A DNA stretch of 26,256 bases from Octopus sinensis (taxonomy: Eukaryota), in the NCBI RefSeq assembly GCF_006345805.1, contig NW_021824311.1, positions 1 to 26,256 on the forward strand, given 5' to 3'. The notes under the pieces are model-generated. The model did not search any database. It saw only the letters and a list, made by a program, of their open reading frames with translations, and had not been told where the DNA came from. A program made the translations under genes and the position numbers. Position 1 is the stretch's first letter. Each line of letters begins with the position of its first letter. Below are positions 10,188 to 21,295 of this stretch, piece after piece.

Positions 10188-10659
10188 TTGGTATAAAAGA
10201 TGGGCTACAGCAAATATTCTGCTCAATACCACAGATTTGCTTGTCAGTTGTTTGACCTAACCAGTTGAGCATGTCCTTAGTGGCTGACGATATGTGCATC
10301 TCTGATCACGAGCAGAAGTAGTGGGGGGAGCATCATAGCCATGTGTTTGAGAGGGATTCTTTGGGGTTTGAATATAGTTCACCTCTGGAAACATGGGTGG
10401 TTCTTTCAACATCCTTAAACAACCCTTATTCAGGGACGTTTGAGCGGGATGGGCTACTCAACCTGAAGAAAATTCTAACTGGGCCCCACTGCAAGGTCAT
10501 GTGCTGTTTATCTTGATTGAGATCACCATGTCGCGCACATATGGTTGTGATGCATGTGCCTGGTGTACCTTTATCAGACGGGTAGTCATGATGGGTATAC
10601 TGGGCTTCGTATATTTTACCCAGTGTCACTTTTGATGGCATGAACTGCTCTCTCACTCA
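10188..10659 (+). mobile_element. 3'-UTR-only (5'-truncated or non-autonomous) relative of the R4/Dong-like element, within (TAA)n
   Basis: The last ~110 nt (TGGTTGTGATGCATGTGCCTGGTGTACC…TTTGATGGCATGAACTGCTCTCTCACTCA) match the reverse complement of 7383-7500. (TAA)n on both sides. No coding similarity seen. Confidence 0.75.
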
Positions 10660-10958
10660 TAATAATAAGATAATAATTAATAATAATAATGATAATAATA
10701 TTTTCGTTAATAGCTGTACACTAGTATTCGTAGAAGTAGACAAGCGTATGAATGTAATGCATGTGTAAGGATATATATACATGTGTGTGTGTATGTGTGT
10801 GTGTGTGGTGGTGGTGGTGGTGGTGATGGTGGTGGTTGTATTTGTATATGAGAAAAGAATGGACTAAATTTAAGGAACCGCAGCTGGCATTCTATAGAGA
10901 TCAGGAATCACTTGGGAAATTGAGTTACATCTGAGACTGTGATGTACTACACACACTC

Positions 10959-10964
<6 letters not shown>

Positions 10965-11025
<61 letters not shown>

Positions 11026-11345
11026 AGACAGAGAGAAAGAGAGAAAGGCTGAGAAAGAAACAGAGATAGATGGAACGAGATAGATAGAAAGAGACAGCAA
11101 AAAGAAAGGGACAGAGATAGAGAGCAAAGGAGAGAGATAAGTAGAGAGAGAGAAAAGGAGAGACAGAGATAGAGACGGGGTAGAGAGATGTATAGAGATG
11201 TAGAGAGAGAGAGAGAGAAATAGAGATAAGGAAGAGGACGCATAGATGATAAATATACAGATAGATAGATAGATAAATAACTAGATAGATAGATAGATGA
11301 AGAGTGAGAGAGAGAAAGAGAGAGACAGAGAAGGAGGGGAGGGAA
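10965..11345. repeat. (AG)n microsatellite and AG-rich low-complexity tract
   Basis: Directly visible. Confidence 0.92.
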
Positions 11346-12017
11346 AGAGAGAATGTGTGTTATTTCAAGAGTTATTGCAAGAGGATTCATCTGGTGCTAA
11401 AGAGAGAAGAAACAAATGATAGAAAAAAAAAACTCCTCAAAAGCAATGAAAACTTTTAGTATCTTGAGAACAATAGACTTAAAGTTGGCAAAATAAAACC
11501 ATTACAGTCTGGCATTAAATAAAAACGATGTGTTACTCATCAGAGGGTTGAAGTGAACGCGTCTGTCGCCCCTCAGTGGTGGGGTGGGTCGAGGGAAAAG
11601 TGCGAGATCTGAAAACACGACAGGCAAATTGCTGTAATTAATTAATAAAATACGAGTGTTTTAAAACTTTTTAAAAACTTACCTAGCATCATGGCGAAGA
11701 AAATGAGGTTATATGCTTGTAGACTCCACTTTTGTTTTCTTGTTAACAAAGTTGTTAGTGGTGTTGGCTGGGTAGAATATTTTCATTGTATTATGAGAGA
11801 GACTGGTGTTTTGGCCGTTTGAAAGCTGCTGGTTGAAATCTTTTATATATATATATTGCCGAAATTGCGAGGATAATCTGGTTCTTGACTGAAGATAGAA
11901 AACTTCGAATGACCCGTCCTTGTTTTCTTTGTATCGTCTATCTGGATGTTTTGTTGTCCCTTTTTGTATCACCTAGTTGTCCGGATGTTTTGTGTTTTTG
12001 TCCCATTTTGTATTTTG

Positions 12018-12049
<32 letters not shown>

Positions 12050-12086
12050 TGTATACATGCATGCATACATATATAAGTATACATAC

Positions 12087-12127
<41 letters not shown>

Positions 12128-12132
12128 TGACT

Positions 12133-12290
12133 GCACGTGGATTGTTGGCGATTTTTCCTTATATTTCTGCTTCTTTCTCTTTGGACTTTCCTCTTTCCGA
12201 AGAAGAGCTATGCTCGGAACGTTAACAACTCTCTCCTTTCACCGAGCGTCTAATTACTATATTGACTGTGCATGCCATCACGTTCGATTT
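12133..12290 (+). mobile_element. Penelope-like element terminal-repeat fragment with hammerhead-like core (copy 1)
   Basis: TCCGAAGA-AGAG-CTATG-CTC-GGAACGTT…GAGCGTC. This is an inverted counterpart of 12469-12604. The CYGANGA-N-stem-GAAAC pattern is characteristic of PLE repeats. Confidence 0.55.
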
Positions 12291-12344
12291 TTTTCTTTTT
12301 TCTTTCTCACTTTGTTTTTTTAATTGTTTGTTCTTCGAATTGAC

Positions 12345-12376
<32 letters not shown>

Positions 12377-12468
12377 ATTCAACGAACAAGCAACTCAAAA
12401 GATGAATAAAAAGCGAGAATAGAAAAATAGGAAAAGAGAGAAAACAAAAAAAAAGAAGAAAAATAGTG

Positions 12469-12604
12469 AACGTGAGGACGTGCACAAGAATTATATTAGT
12501 TTGACGCTCGATAAAAGAAGAGAGTTTTTAACGTTTCGAGCATGACTCTTCGTCGGAAAGAAGAAAAAGTCCAAAGAAGGAAAATCGCTAACGGTCCACG
12601 TGTG
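12469..12604 (-). mobile_element. Penelope-like element terminal-repeat fragment with hammerhead-like core (copy 2)
   Basis: Reverse complement TTTCCGACGA-AGAG-TCATG-CTC-GAAACGTT…AGCGTC-AAA, in which stem III ACGTT/AGCGT closes onto a GUC triplet. Confidence 0.6.
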
Positions 12605-12656
12605 GTATATATATATATATATACATACACACACACACGCATATATATATAAATAA

Positions 12657-12690
<34 letters not shown>

Positions 12691-12811
12691 TTATCATCTG
12701 TCTATCTTTCACTTTCTCTCTATATATGTATATATACGCACACACATACACACACATGTACATAATTATATAGCACCTACCATACACGCTCACACACAAG
12801 CCCTTACATAC

Positions 12812-12937
12812 TCTTTTCTACTCTAGGCACAAGGCCCGAAATTTTGAGGAAGGGGCCAGTCGATTAGATCGATCCCAGTACGCAACTGGCACTTAATTTA
12901 TCCACCCCGAAAGGATGGATAAATTAAGTACCAGTTG
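12812..12937 (-). mobile_element. Family A SINE 3' fragment ending in a fold-back inversion
   Basis: The reverse complement shows body, hairpin and the GGCCTTGTGCCTAGAGTAGAAAAG tail. 12883-12904 and 12916-12937 are inverted arms. Confidence 0.8.
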
Positions 12938-12939
12938 GT

Positions 12940-12980
12940 GTCTGTCTGCCTGCCTGTCTTCTGTCTGTCTGTCTGTCTGA

Positions 12981-13053
<73 letters not shown>

Positions 13054-13056
13054 GAT

Positions 13057-13109
<53 letters not shown>

Positions 13110-13142
13110 GACCTATCTCTCGATCTATCGATCTATCTATCT
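12940..13142. repeat. (TCTG)n/(TCTA)n microsatellite
   Basis: Directly visible. Confidence 0.95.
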
Positions 13143-13571
13143 ATGTGTGTAATAAGCATCAAGGCAGTAGTGTTACAATTAACAAGACAAAGTCTGCAGC
13201 AGCAACACCACGGCCACCACCATGACCACCACTACTTTCACAAGCACCAGTAACAACAACAACAACAACAACAAAACCAACGACGACGAAACAGACGACT
13301 TGAAATAAATAATTGAAATGTCGATAAGGAAGAGAAATGAAAGAAGAGAAAACCATTTAAACGCTTGTGATTTCAGAAATTATCTTCAGTTTAACAATGC
13401 AGTGATTCTATAATGGCGACCTGCTGTTATGCCACCGAATCATTAATGAAACAACTTGTTAATAGTCAAATGTCCGTCTAAGCACGTAATAACGCTTCTG
13501 TTTGTCTCTTGTTGTTTCTTGCTGGCTTTCACCGTTCGTCGACAATAATCTTTCTGTGTCCTTCCTGCTCG

Positions 13572-13599
13572 CTATAGAACTGACAGCTTCAATCTATCC

Positions 13600-13634
<35 letters not shown>

Positions 13635-13701
13635 ACTATCATCTATCTATCTATCTAATCTATCTATCTATCTATCTATCTAATCTATCTATCTTCCATC
13701 C

Positions 13702-13758
<57 letters not shown>

Positions 13759-13876
13759 TATTGCTATCTATCTGTCTGTTCTGTCTGTCTGTCTATCTGT
13801 CTGTCTGTCTCTCTATCTGCCTACCTTTCTGTCTATCTATCTATCTACTATCTATCTATCTATCTATCTATCTATC

Positions 13877-13919
<43 letters not shown>

Positions 13920-13921
13920 GC

Positions 13922-13993
<72 letters not shown>

Positions 13994-13996
13994 ATC
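13572..13996. repeat. (TATC)n microsatellite, left flank of the Tx1 element
   Basis: Directly visible; ends immediately before GACGGATGTG. Confidence 0.95.
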
Positions 13997-14192
13997 GACG
14001 GATGTGATGTCGTTTCAGCTCCGAAGGTAATCATTTTTTTGACTATTTATAGGCCAATTTTGTGTAGATTTTTGCAAATAAGGTGTGTAAGGCAACCAAC
14101 TTTCATTTGAGTGCTTTTCCAAGGGAGGAATTCGCCCCTAGGGGCAGTTTCGACCCCATTTCATTTCTGTTATTTTCTTCTCGACATTAAAA

Positions 14193-16060
14193 ATGTCTAG
14201 AAATTTTATTGTTGAACGCTGGTCGCGTTCTTTTTGGAACAACATTTTCCTAGTCTGGAAACGACAGAGAAAAAAAGAACGTTCGCACGGAAAATGCCAA
14301 CGTAAAATTCGGTGAAAGGAACGCTGCAACCACGTGCGTTAACAGCCCTGTCACCACCGCCACCACCACCACCACTAACAACAGCAACCACGAGACAACA
14401 ACTGCTACCACCACCACCTCCACCACCACCACCACCACTACCACGACCAACATAAATGATAAAAATAAAACTGAAACGAAAACTATTGACAAAAACAACA
14501 GCAACAACAAGAACAACAATAAAAATGAACTATCTAATAGTGAAGATGCCAATACAAAAAGTCAACAACAGTAAATTTCGCAGATATTCTTCGCCAGAAA
14601 AGGAGATTGTTACATTCACAAATGAAGAGCTCATAGAAACAAGAGCTCTCTTTACAACCCGTGGACAAGATTTAGTCCTGCATACACCTCAACATATAAA
14701 ACAACAAGAAATTGAAAATAAGACAATTGTATATAAAATTATTAGAAAAAACAAAAAACCAAATGAACAGATTACAAAAACTGATGTGGAGAAATGTTTA
14801 AAACATAATGAAAGAAAAAGAGTATATAAACTGGGGTCCCCAGTTTAACACAGTAGTGGTCCGCTTCCCTAACCAGGAAGTGGCAAAAGCTCACTCTACT
14901 GAGTCTCTGGGAAATGATGAAATCATCATGGTCCCTTATTATAAAAACCAGAGGGTGAGTAGAATTACTATCAGAATGTACCCCCCGATATGCCGAACAA
15001 ATGGATAACAGGGGCAATCTGTTACCCTTGAAAAAGATCAATATTCTAGAAACAGCCGTGTACCTAAACGACAATTGGGGTGGAAAAACAGTAGTTGTGA
15101 CCATCCAGATTGAGGGGCCTCTATCGAGAGCCTACCCGACAAGATATACTTGGAGAATGGGCAATGCCTATATGTTATGGCAGAAGGCAAAAAGCCTAGA
15201 TGCTACAAATGTGGCAGCCCCGAACATTTGATTGCCAAGTGCGATCTGGTACAGAAAAAACAAGAAAGAACAATTCAGAAAACAAATAAAATCCCTTTGT
15301 TGCCAACACCAACACCAACACACTCAATTATGGAACAACGCCAAGAAAAACAACAAACCAGCAAACAACCCCAACAACATCACCAAAAAAACAGTACAAC
15401 ACAATCACCGTTGACTCACAACCAATTAACCTGTTGAATTAACAAAAAATCGACCCACGCCCACACCCAGGACGACAATTAAAAAGACAGAAAACACTGA
15501 CGAGAAGACAAATGCTACCCCTAACACCACAACAACACAAACACCGCACAAAACATCAACAATTTATACAAGCATACATAGTGATCCTGTTCTTTTTCCT
15601 CTACCCCATACTGATACGTCGGACGACGAAAGTTCGACGGAATGGCAAATAGCCACAGGGGTAAAAGAAAAAGATCCAAAAAATCCACCAAACAAGGAAT
15701 TAAAGCAGGGAGATATCTCACTCAGGACAACATCCCCCTAGACAATCAAAAAAGTAATGAACCCGTAAAACCACACACACAACTAACTGCAATAGACACA
15801 GACAATAAGAATTAATGGACTACATCAAATCTAACATGGTCGTCTGTGAAGATGATTTTAAGACAAACAATCATCCGCACACCACACCACCGAAACACAT
15901 CAGAATTTTACACATAACACAAGCACAACACCACATACTTAAAACATTATTTCCGAATGCGGTAGGCGGGTATCAACGATACCTGTCGAAAAAACTATAC
16001 AAACACCTCATCAAAAACGATACAAAAGAAGAAGAAGAAAAAATGAAACTTTTAAAATGA
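14193..16060 (+). CDS. Tx1-like ORF1 (gag-like nucleic-acid-binding protein), frameshifted in this sequence
   Basis: Rethreaded pieces: Thr/Asn-rich N-terminus; FADILRQK; WGPQFNTVVVRFP…RVSRITIR..PPD; LPDKIYLENGQCLYVMAEGKKPRCYKCGSPEHLIAKC (C-x2-C-x4-H-x4-C); EWQIATG-KRKR; last piece ends at TGA 16060. The start codon is tentative. Confidence 0.7.
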
Positions 16061-16125
16061 GTAAGTGACCTCACTTCTTGCCTCTTGTCTCTTCTAATAT
16101 AGTGTGTAAAACACAATTTTCGTAA

Positions 16126-19100
16126 ATGTCAAGTATGCTTAAATTAGGTTGTGTGAATGCGCGTGGCTTGGCGTCGGCTTGGAAGCAAGGTTACCTTCTA
16201 AACGACATCAAGTCACTGGACGTGGATATAGTAGCTATCAGTGAAACCAGACTCAGTAAGCCGCGGGCCCTCGAGTCCATGTTTGGCAATCAATTTGACA
16301 TTTATTTTTCTCCCTGTCTGCCGAACATGGGTGGTGGAGGTACTGCGGTGCTTTTTCGAAAGAGTCTAAAGGTAAAAGTAAGAGCAATATTCCTAGACCC
16401 GGAGGGTAGGCTGGTTGTCTTGGACGTGGATGGCAGAAATGGGTGTGCATTCCGTCTGATGGCAGTTTATGCACCGTCCTTAACGGGTCGGGCGGATTTC
16501 TTTCTTCAGACGTCTAGAGGTTTTCCTGGGTACGTCTAGACCTTTACTGTTAGTAGGGGATTGGAACGCTACCTTGGACACGCATCTAGATTATGTGGGA
16601 AGGGATAGGAATAGAAGGGGGTGTAAGAGCCTCAAAGACCTGCTCAGACGTTTCCATTTGTCTGACAGGTTCCGACTCGACCATCCGAACGTGCCAACGT
16701 GGACTTGGACAAACCGCGTCGGATCGTCGAGATCTTATCTAGATAGAATTCTATGCAGGACAGCGGATAGGGATAGTGTAGGATGTCCACAATTTAAAAT
16801 AGTCAGCTACACAGATCACAAATTTGTTACGTGTACGCTCGACTTAGATAAAACACATAGGCAGGGTCCCGGTTACTGGAAACTGAACACGTCGCTGTTA
16901 GCGCGACAGGTTTACAGGAACCGGATTAGCGAGTTAATTAAGAGGGCGCTGACGGGAGCGGTCGTTAACAACCGCTGGTGGTACGCCCTGAAAATGGCAA
17001 TAAAATCGGAATCAATTAGGTTTAGCAAGGAATTAGCGATAGAACGAAATAGAGTAGAGGGAGACTTAGTTAAGAAACTAGAAGAGGCACTTACCACTGG
17101 CAGCGCAACCAACGTGCTAGCTGCGAGGATGGCCCTCGACCAACACCTCAACGCCAAGCACGAAGGTTGCGTCGTCAGAGCTAAAATGCGTGCCTTAAGG
17201 AACGAAGGGATTGAAGCTGCGCGAGAGGCCCGGGTAGCGGAGGCGCAGCGTGGCAACAGATCAACCATTCGGTCTCTAATAGATCAACAGGGATGCAGTT
17301 TACTCGAACCCGAAAGGATGTGTGAGGCCTTTCAACAGCACTTTGCTCGACTGTTTGGTGCGAGTGGTGGGTCGGAACGAGGGATGGATTTCAGTGCCTA
17401 CCTGACCGACCTGCCGCGGCTCTCGGCAAGAGAGGCGGAGTGTTGTGAAAGTCCCATCACAGCCGCTGACGTGTGGGATGCGATGGCGGGCTGCGCGAGG
17501 ATAAGTCGCCTGGATTGGATGGTTTACCCTACGAGCTGTATTGTCGAATGCCAGACTTGTTTGGCGAACTCTTGGCATCAGTCTACTGCAACTGGCAACA
17601 AAACGGGAGAATCCCCGTTTCGTGAGCCGAGGTGCAGTGACGTTGCTGAAGAAAGACTCAAACAAGGGGAATTTTATAGATAATTTCAGGCCCATCACTC
17701 TGCTCAACGCAGATTTGAAAATTTTGGCCAAAGTAATAGCCGAGAGGTTGGCGCTTGTCATTGGTAAACTGGTCGACAGGGCGCAAACATGCGCCGTGCC
17801 GGGCAGAACCATACATGACAACCTCCATCTGATGCGCTACATTGTGGACAGGGTAGTTAAGGATCCTGGCATGGGTGGGGCGCTGATAAATTTGGATCAG
17901 TCTAAAGCCTTCGATAGGGTCGACCATCGGTACTTGGCGGCCGTCCTCAGGGCGGCTGGCTTCGGTCCCGTCTTCCGCGGTTGGATCGCTGCCTTGTATA
18001 GCGGCATCCGATCGGTGATTCGGGTAAACGGTCACCTGTCGAACCGTTTGACATCACGCGTTCGGTCCGTCAGGGGTGTCCCCTGTCGGCGCTTCTGTAT
18101 GTATTGACTCTCGAGCCGCTACTGCGGCTGGCGACACTGAGGGGCATCCCACGGGAACTGGGTTGCGGGACGAGCGTGTCGGCATATGCGGACGATGTCA
18201 CCGTCATAGTGTCGAGCTACCAGCACATCGAGCTGGTCGGCGAGACACTAAGAAAATATGAAACGGTGACGGGAGCAAAGATTAACCCGGAAAAGTCAGT
18301 GGGTTTGCTACTCGGCACCTGGAGAAGCAAGCCCATGCCGTCCGACTGCGGCTCAGTAGTGGGACGCTGGACGGACGGACCGGTTAAATTGCTCGGGGTC
18401 TGGTTCAGTCCGGACCTCCAAATGGATAAGAACTGGGACGAGATCACGAGTAGAGTGGTCGCTCTCAGCCAAACATGGGCCGAGAGAAAGCTGTCTCTAA
18501 AAGGCCGGGCGGAGGTGGCGAACGCGTACATCGCATCCGTCATCGATTACCGCCTGACCGTCGTACCTTGTCCCGACGCCACCATCACCAAACTGGAACG
18601 CATACTCTTCCGCTTCCTGTGGAAGGGTGGCGTTCCGATGGTGAGGAAGTCCATTTGCTGTCAACATCCGTTGAATGGAGGACTGGGCATGCCGTGGTTG
18701 ATGATGCGCAGGCATGCGCTGAGACTGCGACATCTCTGGAAATTCATCGACGACGGTGAACAGGTGTGGGCGCCGTTTGTGAGGCGCGACTTCCCGCAGC
18801 TCTCGTCACTGACCGAACTGCAAACGTGGATCAAAAAGAGACCGAAACTGGGCGATTGGCACCGAGAGTGTCGCCAAGCTCTACAGCAGCTCTGCCGACC
18901 GGGGTCAAACTTGTGCAACTTCCAAACGACTAAAGCGTTCTATAGAGGACTAGTGGAGGGAGGTCCGACGACACACTCGGGGCAAACCTGGGCGTCGACG
19001 AGGAATTCCTAACCCGCCTGTTCAGGACGACGTTCGGGCCGGGGCCTATGGATAACTTCCAGAATCCCTGGCTTGGCAGTGCTATCGAGACGCACTACCT

Positions 19101-19569
19101 GTTCGAGAGAAGAGCTACAGACACGGTTCGAAAACCATCACCGGACCGACCTGCCCGAGATGCGGTCAGAGCGACGAAACCGTTCTGCACGCACTCGTGC
19201 AGTGTCCAGATATTTCAGAGCTGTGGTCCTTCGTCGAACAGCTGTTGTCACGTGTAGGTCAGGCTCGCCTATCGGCCGAGTCTATCGTGAATATTGTTCC
19301 ACCACCTTCCTTTAAACGGGAAGGGAAAACGGTTTTCGTTACGCTGATGGCTATGGCGAAAGAAGTGTGTGTGGACGCGTTTGAAAGGACTGCAAACAAA
19401 CACCTTCCTCTCTGGTCAGTCTCTCGTCAACTTTTTCAAGTACCACTTGAAAAGGAGGATGAGAATAGAGAGGAAGGCTTTGTCGAACGAATGTTTTAAT
19501 AAAAAGTGGGTAAAAGTGGCAAAAATGGTCAGTATGAAAGACGACACTATTTTAAGCATAAATCTGTAA
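16126..19569 (+). CDS. Tx1-like ORF2: APE endonuclease + reverse transcriptase + C-terminal CCHC, with several small frameshifts
   Basis: APE motifs: CVNARGL, AISET, VYAP, GDWN, SYLDR, YTDH. PGYWKLN linker. RT motifs: SPGLDGLP, FRPITLLNADLKILAK, LDQSKAFDRVDH, RQGCPLS, AYADD, KLLGVWF. LSLKGR, GGLG and CPRCGQSDETVLHALVQC follow; stop TAA at 19569. Confidence 0.92.
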
Positions 19570-19875
19570 CCAAAAGAGACAACGAGAAGTAAGGCGACTT
19601 ACTCATGTGTTCTTTTTCGAACTGTCTGAGGTGACCTTGGTCTTTTTTGTAGGTTTTTCTTTCCAAGGCTACACCTAAACTGTGAACCTTATATATATTA
19701 TATAATTGCTTTTTTATACACCACACAACCCACAGATCCCTATTGATCAACGTTTTTTTTTTTTTTTTTTTTTTTTTTTGCCCCACCCATCCCACCTCGA
19801 AAAGAAAAAATTCTACATTGTATTTCGTCCATTTTTATTCTGTGTTTAGCCCTGTGTGGCTACAATAAAAAGTTA

Positions 19876-19905
19876 TATCTATCTATCTATCTATCTATCT
19901 ATCTA

Positions 19906-19984
<79 letters not shown>

Positions 19985-20161
19985 GCCTATCTTCTGTCTA
20001 TCTATCTCTATCTATCTATCTATCTATCTATCTCTGATCTATCTATCGAATCTCTCTATCTACTATCTGCCTACCTATCTGTCTATCTATCTATCTATCT
20101 ATCTATCTTCTATCTATCTATTATCTATCTTCTATTCTATCTATCTTCTATCTATCTATCT
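19876..20161. repeat. (TATC)n microsatellite between the two Tx1 copies
   Basis: Directly visible. Confidence 0.95.
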
Positions 20162-21163
20162 AGGACGACTTTTCGGGCCAGGGCCCATGGACAAACTTCC
20201 AGAGATCCCTGGCCTGGCAGTGCTACCGAGAACGCTACCCGTTCGGGAATAAGCTCACAGACACGCTCGAGAAACACGGGGCGCGCTTGCCCGAGATGCG
20301 GTCAGAGCGACGAAACCGTTCTGCACGCACTCGTGCAGTGTCCAACAATTTCCGACCTGTGTCGTATGTTGAACAACGGCTGTCACGTGTGGGACGAGTC
20401 GGTTTATATCCCTGAGTCTATCGTCAATATTGTCACGCCTCCTTCCTTCAAACGGGAAGAAGAGCTATTTTCATCATCCTTGAGGCTATGGCGAAAGAAT
20501 GTATCTGGTGGACGCGTCTGAAAGGATTGGAGACAAACACTTTCCTCTCTGGTCAATCTCTCATCAACTTCTTCAAGTACCACTTGAAAAGGAAAGTGAG
20601 AGTAGAGAGGCAAGTTTTGTCTAGCGAATGTTTTAAAAAAAGATGGGTGAATGTAGCAAGGATGGCACGTATGAATGACGAAGCCACCTTGAGCATAATC
20701 CTATGAACCCAGAAATTGAAAACAGAGGGTTACCCACTTGCAAACAAATGTGGTAACATATAACAATATTGACCAAGGTTACCATGGTCCTTTTCGTAGG
20801 CTTTTCTTCCCACGGATAAACCTTACTTGCTTTCCCCTTTACACCATATATCATAACACTGTGATACACGATCCCTATTGATCATTTTCTTTTTTTTTCC
20901 TTTTCCCCTTTTTTCCCCTTTTTTCATTTCTCTTTTCTTTTGTTCCTTTTCCTTTTCTTTTTTTTCCTTTTTTTATATTTTATTTTATTTATTTATTTTT
21001 TTTGTTATTTTCTTCCCTTTTACGATCCCTCTTGATCGAAAACCTACGCCCCCCCCCTTTTTTTGTTTCTTTTGTTTTTTGTTTTTTTCATCCTCCAAAA
21101 GAAAAGCTCTACCTTGTAACTTGTCCCATCTGTGTGCAGCCCTGTGTGGCCAATAAAGAAACT
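20162..21163 (+). mobile_element. 5'-truncated, diverged sister Tx1 copy (ORF2 C-terminus + 3' UTR)
   Basis: Aligns to 19024-19874, with the same CCHC (CPRCGQSDETVLHALVQC). The ORF ends KKRWVNVARMARMNDEATLSIIL* at 20706. The 3' end AGCCCTGTGTGGCCAATAAAGAAAC is followed by (TATC)n. Confidence 0.9.
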
Positions 21164-21295
21164 TATCTATCTATCTATCTATCACTTTTTCTTCCTGTAT
21201 CTGTTATACAATGTGTGTCATTAGCCACCTGGAAGCACTGTCCTGTACAGGACGCCACTATTAGTTGGCAAACTATAGTTTACTATATATATATA

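Larger units (their letters stand above)
13997..19874 (+). mobile_element. Apparently full-length Tx1/L1-clade non-LTR retrotransposon
   Basis: ~200-bp 5' UTR, ORF1 with CCHC, 65-bp spacer, ORF2 APE-RT-CCHC, and a ~300-bp 3' UTR ending AGCCCTGTGTGGCTACAATAAAAAG. (TATC)n on both sides. Confidence 0.92.

Noticed and set aside
13502-14110. ORFs of LSIY repeats (also 2888-3196 and 12935-13225)
   Set aside because: Translation of (TATC)n.
16253-18918. Several antisense and alternative-frame ORFs overlapping the Tx1 ORF2
   Set aside because: Expected shadows of a GC-rich coding sequence; no independent motifs.
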